Source of the DNA: a virus
Lineage: Duplodnaviria > Caudoviricetes
Reading direction: 5' to 3' (one strand)
DNA: 41,831 nt
IMG/VR virus record: IMGVR_UViG_3300007764_000117
Location: 1 to 41,831 of that record
Shown here: piece after piece, positions 1 to 7,529 of the stretch
Numbering within the stretch: position 1 is the first letter of the stretch
Layout: every line of letters starts with the position of its first letter
Notes under the pieces: model-generated
Seen by the model: only the letters and a program-made list of their open reading frames with translations
Database searches by the model: none
Told to the model about the DNA's origin: nothing
Made by a program: the position numbers and the translations under genes

Positions 1-120
1 CTGGCGTATCACCTGGCCGCAGTCTGGCCGGATATCCGTACACCGGAGGTCCTGGCCCTGGCGAACGCCTTCCACCGGAGAACCTCGGGTAGTTTGCCTC
101 GGCTGGAGCCGAAGGAATGA
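1..120 (+). CDS. Partial (3' end) hypothetical protein
   Basis: Frame 1 is open from base 1 (LAYHLAAVWPDIRTPEVLALANAFHRR...) to TGA 118-120, in an ATGA overlap with the polymerase start. Confidence 0.6.
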   Translation: MAYHLAAVWPDIRTPEVLALANAFHRRTSGSLPRLEPKE

Positions 121-2177
121 CCGATCCGGTGGGAAACCCAGGGTCCCGGCACCGCACCTGGCAGGATGTTCTCCGTGCGATAGGGTGGCCGTGTACAGCG
201 GTGCTCCTCGATTGGGAGACCTATTTCGATAGCGTTTACACGCTTAGCAAGCTCTCAACCATCGAATTCATCATGGACGATAGGTTCGAGGAATTCGGCG
301 TAGCCTGTGTAGTACAGGACCAGCCATTCGGGGAACCGCAAGCTAAATTTTGGACGGACTGTGCCGGGCAACTGGCGTACCTTAGGGGCAGGTTCGGGGA
401 GAACCTGGAGCGTTGTGTTGTGATTGCCCACAACATTCGCTTCGACGGGTCCATTCTGGCATTCCGACATGGCATTATACCGCGGTATACTGTGGATACA
501 AAGGGGCTGGCTAAATACTTCTGGCCCAGGCAGTCTAGCTCGTTGAAGGACGTGGCCGTCAGACTTGGAATCGGCGTGAAGGGTGATACGATGCAGTTCG
601 CCGGCAGGCATATGCGACGGGTTCCCGTGCGGGCGGAGAAGCCCGGTCATCCGAGGCTTTCCCTTCCGCCGGTTATGGAACCGGGCATGTCGCGGGAGGA
701 ACGGACGGCCCTACGGGAGTACGCAAAGAACGATGCCATCCTTGAGTGGGGGCTGTTCAAGGAACTGCTGCCCCGTCTGTCCCGTCCGGATATGGAACTT
801 CCACTCGCCCATCATACGTTCTTGATGTTCGCAAGACCGATGCTACGGGTGAACGAACAAAAGGCCAAAGAACTCATAGGGTCTATGCAAGCAGAAATCG
901 CCGGCAAGCTGCGGGCCACGGGCGTAGAGGGCCTTACGGCGAAACAGGTTCGTAGTGAGAAGGGCTTCACGAGGCTGCTGCGTCAGACGATGCCAGCGGA
1001 GAAGCTTCCCCTCAAAGCCTCTAAGAAGGGCCTAATCCTGGCCCTTGCGAAGGCAGACCCGGAGCTGGACCTCCTGCTAAAACACCCGAACCCACGGGTG
1101 CGGGCCCTGATAGAGGCTAGGATAGCGTCCAAGTCCTGGCCGCTTCATGTGGGAAGGGTAAAAAGGATTCTCAAGCAGTTCGTAGCTACCGGCAGGCGTG
1201 CATTGCCCGTGCCGCTGGTCTACTACGGAGCCCACACGGGGAGATGGGCCGGGGATGAAAAAATCAACTTGCAGAACTTGGGTTCCAGGGATGTACACGA
1301 TCTGATAAAGGCTGTGCGAACGGTCCTGGAAGCTCCGGAGGGATGGTCCCTTTTGATAGCAGACGCCTCACAGGTGGAGGCCCGGGCGGTAAACTGGATT
1401 GCTGGTCAGCGAAACGTTCTCGGTCGGTTTACCAGCGGGGACCCGTATTGCGAATTCGCATCCGAGGTCCTCGGTCATAGGGTCCGAAAGCCCCGGCCGA
1501 GTGATCCTCCTGCCGTGGCTAAGATGATGGCCTACTGGAGAACCCTCGGGAAGGTCGGAGAGCTGGGCTGTGGGTACGGGATGGGGGCGGATCGGTGCTA
1601 CGACTACGCCGTAAATCAGTACAAGCTAGACATCACGAGGGAGATGGCAAAACGGGTGGTAGACTGCTACCGCGACACCCATAGAAAAGTATGCCGCTTC
1701 TGGACCGATCTTGAGGTGAGGTTCTCTCACGTGACGAGGTACCCGCAAGAGCGAATCAAACTTCACAGTCTGGAACTTTACGGGGGCGAGGGAAAGACAA
1801 TCATTCGGCTCCCGTCCGGTAGGGAGTTATTCTATGAGGAGGTTCGAGTCGTGAGGGATAGTCTGGGGAGGGACCAGATCAAGATGCCCGATCCCCGAAA
1901 GCCCGGGTCCTCCATCTATATGTGGGGCGGCTACCTGACCGAGAATGTAATCCAGGCGACGTGCCGCGACCTACTCGTCGAGCCGATCCTGGCGATGGAG
2001 CGGGCGAACAAGCCCGTATGCTTACTCGTACACGATGAAATTGTTGCCCTGTCACCCACTGATGCGGCAGAGCAATCCCTGGACCTCCTGGTGAGGCTGA
2101 TGTCCACTTCGCCCGCATGGGCGGCTGATCTTCCGCTGGCAGCGGAGGGTAAGATATCGGAAAGGTATGGTAAATGA
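117..2177 (+). CDS. polA: Phage family A DNA polymerase with 3'-5' exonuclease domain
   Basis: Exo motifs DWETY, HNIRFD, YAKND; polymerase motif A ADASQVEAR, motif B RTLGKVGELGCGYGMG, motif C LLVHDEIV; also HTGRW and NLQN. Confidence 0.95.
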   Translation: MTDPVGNPGSRHRTWQDVLRAIGWPCTAVLLDWETYFDSVYTLSKLSTIEFIMDDRFEEFGVACVVQDQPFGEPQAKFWTDCAGQLAYLRGRFGENLERCVVIAHNIRFDGSILAFRHGIIPRYTVDTKGLAKYFWPRQSSSLKDVAVRLGIGVKGDTMQFAGRHMRRVPVRAEKPGHPRLSLPPVMEPGMSREERTALREYAKNDAILEWGLFKELLPRLSRPDMELPLAHHTFLMFARPMLRVNEQKAKELIGSMQAEIAGKLRATGVEGLTAKQVRSEKGFTRLLRQTMPAEKLPLKASKKGLILALAKADPELDLLLKHPNPRVRALIEARIASKSWPLHVGRVKRILKQFVATGRRALPVPLVYYGAHTGRWAGDEKINLQNLGSRDVHDLIKAVRTVLEAPEGWSLLIADASQVEARAVNWIAGQRNVLGRFTSGDPYCEFASEVLGHRVRKPRPSDPPAVAKMMAYWRTLGKVGELGCGYGMGADRCYDYAVNQYKLDITREMAKRVVDCYRDTHRKVCRFWTDLEVRFSHVTRYPQERIKLHSLELYGGEGKTIIRLPSGRELFYEEVRVVRDSLGRDQIKMPDPRKPGSSIYMWGGYLTENVIQATCRDLLVEPILAMERANKPVCLLVHDEIVALSPTDAAEQSLDLLVRLMSTSPAWAADLPLAAEGKISERYGK

Positions 2178-2467
2178 CGATGCTGTCCGCGATGGAATCC
2201 AACAGGTTCTTTCCCCAGGTCCGGGAACAGTTCCCGGATAAGGCCGCAGACTGGGCCTCGGGCTATGTCCATGGTGTGTCTGATTCCACCAGCCGAAGGC
2301 AGCCCAGGGCCGTTATGGTGAAGGACGCGGCTGGGGGGGACGAGTACGCCCTAGGCTATCTGGCCGGCTTCTTTGACCATGCCGGCCTGGACGTGGTGGA
2401 GGAGAGCTGGGTGATGCGTCACGGCCTCACCTGTCATTTCCGATGGTGGGAGGCCCAGGAGGAATGA
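2174..2467 (+). CDS. Hypothetical protein
   Basis: Translationally coupled to both neighbours (4-nt overlaps) in the + operon. Confidence 0.7.
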   Translation: MTMLSAMESNRFFPQVREQFPDKAADWASGYVHGVSDSTSRRQPRAVMVKDAAGGDEYALGYLAGFFDHAGLDVVEESWVMRHGLTCHFRWWEAQEE

Positions 2468-2826
2468 ATCTCTACCCGTACGAATGGGCCCAGGTTCGAG
2501 CAGCCCTCCGGCTCTGGTGCTCTGTTGCGGAGTCGTCCGAGGTACATCCGGTAGAAGTTCGAGGGGTCCGAGACGCTCTGGGACCTCACGAGCCCATGGC
2601 TCTCGAAGAAATTGAATCACTCATCGCACTGGATGGCTCCGAAATCCCCGATCTGGAGAACATCACGCAAGCGTGCGAACGGCTGGCGTGGCTTCGACCG
2701 GGGCGGCTGCGTCGGGCCGTCGATGAGTTGGGGATTCTGCCCTATGTCGGTACGAGTGGACTCAAGACAGCCTGGTATCGACAGGCCGATCTACAAAAAG
2801 CTATCCGATACCTGGGGAACAGATGA
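2464..2826 (+). CDS. Hypothetical protein, possible C-terminal HTH/MerR-like segment
   Basis: ATG 2464 overlaps the upstream TGA and follows AGGAGG; C-terminal ITQACERL...LRRAVDELGI...WYRQADL resembles a winged helix. Confidence 0.65.
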   Translation: MNLYPYEWAQVRAALRLWCSVAESSEVHPVEVRGVRDALGPHEPMALEEIESLIALDGSEIPDLENITQACERLAWLRPGRLRRAVDELGILPYVGTSGLKTAWYRQADLQKAIRYLGNR

Positions 2827-3323
2827 TGGCATGCAAGGATTCTTGGGCGGAGCACGAACAAAGAGCGATAGAGCGTCGAGAGGCGATTCGTAACGCCCTA
2901 GTCAGGTTCGGCAAGGAACAAGCACCCCATATGAGCCCGCCCCCAGGCCGAAAGCGTAAGCGATCCAGTTCGGCGACTCCAGCCCGGGACAAAGAAGCGT
3001 CCGTGCTCCGGGAATGCCTTCGTATGCTCGAATCACTCCCCTACGTTTCCTACACAGAGAGACGTAGCGTAGGCGTGATGCGTACGCCAGCGGGGCAATA
3101 CATGAAGTTCGGCAGGACCGGGGCGGCCGATCTATGGTGCCTGGTGCAGGACTGTGCGGGGCATGTTCGACACGTCGAAGTCGAGTGCAAGAGACGGGAC
3201 GGCAAGGGAAGGCTGAGCCGGAGTCAAGAGGCATTCCAAGCCCGCATGAAATCGGCCGGAGTGGCATATCTGATAGTGCGGTCTGCCGATGAACTCAAGA
3301 CCGCTCTCGAAAAGCTGCTGTAG
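2823..3323 (+). CDS. VRR-NUC domain nuclease (Holliday-junction resolvase-like)
   Basis: EASVLREC, GAADL, VEVECK, GRLSRSQ..F and YLIVRS match the VRR-NUC PD-(D/E)XK pattern. Confidence 0.85.
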   Translation: MMACKDSWAEHEQRAIERREAIRNALVRFGKEQAPHMSPPPGRKRKRSSSATPARDKEASVLRECLRMLESLPYVSYTERRSVGVMRTPAGQYMKFGRTGAADLWCLVQDCAGHVRHVEVECKRRDGKGRLSRSQEAFQARMKSAGVAYLIVRSADELKTALEKLL

Positions 3324-3334
3324 GAGAGAACGTT

Positions 3335-4096
3335 ATGAACTTTATAATCTTGCGGGACGGGACTAAGCTCAGCTTCCAGTATGACGGAAGGAGGTACCGG
3401 ACTGTCGGACACGATTCCGGGTGCCTGGCGGGGAACATGGCGGCAAGTCTGTCCCGGATTCCGAGGTTCACAGGCCATACGAGGGTTGGAATCAGCGTGG
3501 CCGAGCACTCTATCGGCGTAGCGAGACTGCTTCAGCTCCACGGGTCCGACGTAGAGACACAGTTCCTCGGATTGATCCACGAGGCGGGAGAGATGGTAAC
3601 GGGTGACATCCCCACGCCGGTGAAAAACATTAACCCGGGGATACGAGAATTCGAGAGGGACATCTACATCGACCTGGAGCGGGAGCTGTGTCCGTTCGGA
3701 CATTTTCGGCCGGCGAGCCGCGAGCTGGTGAAGCAGGCAGACCTACTGGCCCTTCACGCCGAAGCCCAGAGATTTATGGCTGGCTTCAGCCTGGATGCGT
3801 ACGGCGGGGAGCCGAGCTTCCTGTCCGAGTGGGGGTTGCAGGAGGACTATCTGAGGAAGCTGGAAATCCTCTACCACGGCAAGGACGGGGGCGAGATGCA
3901 CCATCCCGGGCACACGGACTGGTCGGAGGCCCAGAGGTTTTTGAACTGGTACGGTGTGCTTATGGGAAGGCTCCTGCTGGAAGCCAGGGAGCGGGGGGCG
4001 TGCAGCCGTAACCTCGTTACGGCCGACTGGGCGGCGAGAAATACTGGCGTGGTTTGGGCCTTGACAAGTTTTACAAAGCGTGGTAAGCTGGCGTGA
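3335..4096 (+). CDS. HD-superfamily (YfbR/YfdR-like) deoxynucleotide phosphohydrolase
   Basis: RFTGHT, SVAEHS, LIHEAGE..TGDIPTPVK, VKQADLLAL; the HD dyad reads HE. RBS AGGAG. Confidence 0.85.
   Translation: MNFIILRDGTKLSFQYDGRRYRTVGHDSGCLAGNMAASLSRIPRFTGHTRVGISVAEHSIGVARLLQLHGSDVETQFLGLIHEAGEMVTGDIPTPVKNINPGIREFERDIYIDLERELCPFGHFRPASRELVKQADLLALHAEAQRFMAGFSLDAYGGEPSFLSEWGLQEDYLRKLEILYHGKDGGEMHHPGHTDWSEAQRFLNWYGVLMGRLLLEARERGACSRNLVTADWAARNTGVVWALTSFTKRGKLA
4061..4089 (+). promoter_or_regulatory. Sigma70-type promoter for the recombination genes
   Basis: TTGACA (4061-4066), 17-nt spacer, TGn-extended TAAGCT (4084-4089). Confidence 0.75.
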
Positions 4097-4113
4097 TGAT
4101 TGGAGGCCCGACC

Positions 4114-5208
4114 ATGAAGAAGCGAAACGGCCGCAGCCTATCGGCCAGTAGCATAGGTTCGTTCAAAGCATGTCCGCAGAGATTCCGATATGCCTATGTC
4201 GAGGGTCTCAGGCCGCTGGAGGACAGCGAGAGTCAGCGGGTGGGGACAAACTGGCACTCCTGCCTGGAGATGCTGCTTAACGGGGGGAGCATCGAGGATG
4301 TTAGCGATTTCCTTGATGGGCTGTATGAGAACGTTTCGCCGGCGGCGGAGGAGAAGGCGTCCATTGAACGCACGATCCTCCTCTATTCGATCTGCGGGTG
4401 GCTCCATCGGTGGGAAGACGAACCCCTGGAGACCGTGGCAACGGAGCTGAAGTTCGAGCTGCCGCTTACGGAGCCCCGGACCGGGATACCGGTTATAGGG
4501 GCGAAGGTAGTAGGTAAGATCGACCGAGTGAGCCGACGCGGGAACGCGGTGCTCATCACTGAGCACAAGTCAACGTCGAAGTCCATCGCGAGCGATTCCA
4601 CCTACTGGGATGGGTTGCGTATGGACGTTCAGATCAGCACTTACTTCGACGCCATCGGACGATTGCTGCCCCAGGAGCCGGTTAACGGTGTGCTCTACGA
4701 TGTGTGGCATAAGCCAACGATCAGGCCGAAGAAGTTGACCCAGGCAGACAGCAAGGCGTTCGTGGAGACGGGCGACTACATGGGCGGAGAGTTCCACGTT
4801 ACGGGCCGGCCCATGTCGGACGAGGACCCGCTGGAGGTCGATGGGGAGAGGGCCGAGATTGAGCCCGGCAAGAAGGACGGAACCTACGCTGTACGGGAGA
4901 CCCTCCGGATGTTCGGGTGGAGGCTACTGGTGGATATGCAGGAGCGACCGGACTTCTACTTTGCCCGCAGGGAAGTGGGTCGCAGCACGGCCGATATGGT
5001 CCGACACCGCTGGGAGCTTCTCCACATATGGAGGGCCATGAAATGGATGGAGGAGAGCGGGGCCTGGTGGTGCAATGGAAGCCAGTGCGAAGCTACCTTC
5101 AAGTGCCCCTATATGGGTCTGTGCTACCGGAGCTACGAACTTCGGGAAGGGGAGACTCCCGAGGGGTTTAAACGGATTTACTCCGATGCGAGTACGGAAG
5201 AAGACTGA
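4114..5208 (+). CDS. Cas4/AddB-like PD-(D/E)XK exonuclease with probable Fe-S cluster
   Basis: LSASS...CPQRF, GTNWH, GKIDRV, TEHKST, QISTY and C-terminal C-x5-CPY-x3-C. Start placed at ATG 4114 after GGAGG (the ORF track starts at 4093). Confidence 0.85.
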   Translation: MKKRNGRSLSASSIGSFKACPQRFRYAYVEGLRPLEDSESQRVGTNWHSCLEMLLNGGSIEDVSDFLDGLYENVSPAAEEKASIERTILLYSICGWLHRWEDEPLETVATELKFELPLTEPRTGIPVIGAKVVGKIDRVSRRGNAVLITEHKSTSKSIASDSTYWDGLRMDVQISTYFDAIGRLLPQEPVNGVLYDVWHKPTIRPKKLTQADSKAFVETGDYMGGEFHVTGRPMSDEDPLEVDGERAEIEPGKKDGTYAVRETLRMFGWRLLVDMQERPDFYFARREVGRSTADMVRHRWELLHIWRAMKWMEESGAWWCNGSQCEATFKCPYMGLCYRSYELREGETPEGFKRIYSDASTEED

Positions 5209-5286
5209 CAGAAGTAGGCGTAACACGTAGCCGAATAGCGTATATCGGCCGTGATCGTCAACTCACAAACCAATAGGGAGACCCAG

Positions 5287-6180
5287 ATGAAAACTCCGCC
5301 AGTGCCACCCAGAAGCAGGACCAGGAGCCCAAAGACGGCCCCGAAGCCCCCGCCGGAGAGTGGGGGCAGTCGGCCGGCGAAAGAGTTCAGTACCGCACCG
5401 TGGACCGGTGGCGGGGAAGGGCAGAAGATCGTCGGCTACGGACCCTCCGGCGTCGGCAAAACCACGCTCTTCTCCATGATGCCCGGTGCGAGGTTCATCG
5501 GCCTGGACGATGGGGGGCGTTGCATCCGCAATCCCTTGACGGACAAGCCCATCGAGCATGTCATCGGCCTGGAGTGCTTCAACGACGTGCGGGATGCTCT
5601 GCATCAAACGGGACTCTGGCCGAAGGGATCGAGTTGCGTCATTGACACTCTGACCATGCTGGAAACCTGGGCCGAGCCGCACATCTTCAATACCATCCCG
5701 CACGAGAAGGGGGGACGGGTTTCCAGCCTGGAGGGCTACGGCTACGGCAAGGGCTACGTCCACCTGTACGAAACGATGCGTCTGGTCTTTCAGGACCTGG
5801 ACGCCCTGGTGAAGCGGGGGGTGAACATCGGCCTGATCTGCCAGAGCATGGCGACCAGGAAGGCTAACCCCGGCGGGACAGACTTCCTCCAGGACGGACC
5901 AAAGCTCAGCCATACCTTCATGGAAAAGTCCTCGGTTCGCCTCTACGCATGTGAGTGGGCGGACCATGTGTTCCGGATTGGCTACAACGACTTCCACGTC
6001 GAAGCGTCCCGCGGGGCGGCGGTAGGTAAGGCCGGAGGTTCCATGACCCGGGTGGTAGCCGTGTTGCCGGAGCCCCACTACATGGCGAAGAGCCGCACCC
6101 TGAAGGATCAATTCGTCACGTTCGACGAGGCAGGTGACAACAGCATCTGGCAATTCGTTTTCCCCGGAGAAGGAGAGTAA
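5287..6180 (+). CDS. AAA ATPase, Sak4-like recombinase (AAA_24 type)
   Basis: Walker A YGPSGVGKT, Walker B VIDTL, GYGKGY, EWADHV, AKSR; lies between an exonuclease and an SSB-like gene. Confidence 0.85.
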   Translation: MKTPPVPPRSRTRSPKTAPKPPPESGGSRPAKEFSTAPWTGGGEGQKIVGYGPSGVGKTTLFSMMPGARFIGLDDGGRCIRNPLTDKPIEHVIGLECFNDVRDALHQTGLWPKGSSCVIDTLTMLETWAEPHIFNTIPHEKGGRVSSLEGYGYGKGYVHLYETMRLVFQDLDALVKRGVNIGLICQSMATRKANPGGTDFLQDGPKLSHTFMEKSSVRLYACEWADHVFRIGYNDFHVEASRGAAVGKAGGSMTRVVAVLPEPHYMAKSRTLKDQFVTFDEAGDNSIWQFVFPGEGE

Positions 6181-6181
6181 G

Positions 6182-6538
6182 GTGATTCAGCCGAGAGGTG
6201 ACTTTGTGCTTGTCCGCAGACTGCCGGAACCCAAGGTTACGGTGGGCGGTCTGCAACTGCCCGAGCATGTCAAAAGGTATTTCTTCCGGGCAGAGGTGAT
6301 TGCAGCCGGCCCCGGGGTTGAACGAAACGGAAGCGGGGATAACATCCCGCTCGACCTCGAACCCGGCGATACGGTCCTCTGCAAGGCGGACCCACCGTCC
6401 GACCCCAGGATGGGCGGAGTCCAGCACAAGAACTGGGTGGAACTCAGTGCGAATGGAGAGAACTACCTGCTGGGTAGCGAGAGGATCATCCTGGCGATTC
6501 TGACCGAACCGAGTGTTCGTGTCGAGGCCCTGGCCTAA
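6182..6538 (+). CDS. groES: Co-chaperonin GroES (cpn10) homolog
   Basis: IQPRGDFVLVRR, mobile loop TVGGLQLPE, AEVIAAGPG, LEPGDTVL, NGENYLL..E..ILAIL; GTG start 6182 after AGGAG. Confidence 0.9.
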   Translation: MIQPRGDFVLVRRLPEPKVTVGGLQLPEHVKRYFFRAEVIAAGPGVERNGSGDNIPLDLEPGDTVLCKADPPSDPRMGGVQHKNWVELSANGENYLLGSERIILAILTEPSVRVEALA

Positions 6539-6561
6539 CGGCCAACAGACGAGGAACCAAC

Positions 6562-7449
6562 ATGATTCTTGACAGAGACGGAACCTTCCGTGGGCGGTTC
6601 GTGGAATCGGCCGTCAACCAAACGAAGAACGGATTCCCGCAGTTCGTCGGGCGGCTGCTTCTTACGGAGTGGTACGACGAAGAGGCGGGAGAGTGGGTGC
6701 CGTGGGAAGAGTACAGCATGGAGACCGTGGCCTATCTGGTCCTGGCCTCGAACAAGGGTCCGTGCCTCAACTACGATCAGCTCCAGGCGGCCCTCGGGTG
6801 GGACGGGGAATCGTTCGCCGATCTGGACAGCAAGGACTGGAGTTCGGTGACGGTGCAGGTCCGCGTGGCCGAGAATGACTGGGAGCAGGGGGCGAGGTAC
6901 AGGGTCGAGTGGATTGACACGTGCGAGGCCGATCCGCTCGGGGGCCGTGGTATCAAGCGGCTCGACAAGAACGAGGTCAAGAGCCTTGACCGATGGTTGA
7001 AGGGGGTGAAGAGACCCCAGGCCCGGAAGGCCACATCCTCGGCCGAGCCGCCGGCCACGCCCCCCAGGACCCAGACACGGCCCGGGCCCAAGCCTCCGGC
7101 TGAGCCCAAGCCCGAGCCCCCGGCTGAGCCCAAGCCCGAGCCCCCGGCTGAGCCCAAGCCCGAGCCCCCGGCTGAGCCCAAGCCCGAGCCCCCGGCCCGA
7201 AAGGGTGCGAAGAAGGATACTTCGGCCGAACTGGCAACCGGACTGCCGGCCGAGTGCTCCAAGGAGGATGCCTGGGCGAAGGTAATCGAGCTGCGGACCG
7301 ATGAAGCCAGCGATGAGATGGTCGCGGAAGCCTGGGTCGAAGCGTGCGACAAGGTTGCCCCGGACAAGGACGAGAGCGACTTCACCGCGGAGGAGTGGGC
7401 CCAAGTCCGGGACATCACCCTGGATTCGATTCCCAGTCTGCCGTTCTAA
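6562..7449 (+). CDS. Putative single-stranded DNA-binding protein with Pro-rich repeat linker
   Basis: Beta-rich, aromatic N-terminal domain (DUF669-like); acidic C-terminus ending in LPF, an SSB-type tail; synteny with the Sak4-like gene. Confidence 0.6.
   Translation: MILDRDGTFRGRFVESAVNQTKNGFPQFVGRLLLTEWYDEEAGEWVPWEEYSMETVAYLVLASNKGPCLNYDQLQAALGWDGESFADLDSKDWSSVTVQVRVAENDWEQGARYRVEWIDTCEADPLGGRGIKRLDKNEVKSLDRWLKGVKRPQARKATSSAEPPATPPRTQTRPGPKPPAEPKPEPPAEPKPEPPAEPKPEPPAEPKPEPPARKGAKKDTSAELATGLPAECSKEDAWAKVIELRTDEASDEMVAEAWVEACDKVAPDKDESDFTAEEWAQVRDITLDSIPSLPF
7096..7191 (+). repeat. Four perfect 24-bp tandem repeats (PAEPKPEP)
   Basis: ccggctgagcccaagcccgagccc x4, read directly. Confidence 0.95.
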
Positions 7450-7471
7450 CACCAGTTCCTCGGTATCCACG

Positions 7472-7507
7472 GGGCAGCGGGTCGGACTAGGTACCGGCCC
7501 GCTGCCC
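7472..7507 (+). terminator. GC-rich hairpin, possible terminator or processing site
   Basis: gggcagcgggtcgg / ccggcccgctgccc 14-bp stem with one G-U pair, intergenic; U-tract weak. Confidence 0.5.
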
Positions 7508-7529
7508 AGTCCTTCCATAGAGGGAAGAA

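Noticed and set aside
6535-7518. Minus-strand GLGLSR/GSAG repeat ORFs
   Set aside because: Antisense readings of the 24-bp repeat.
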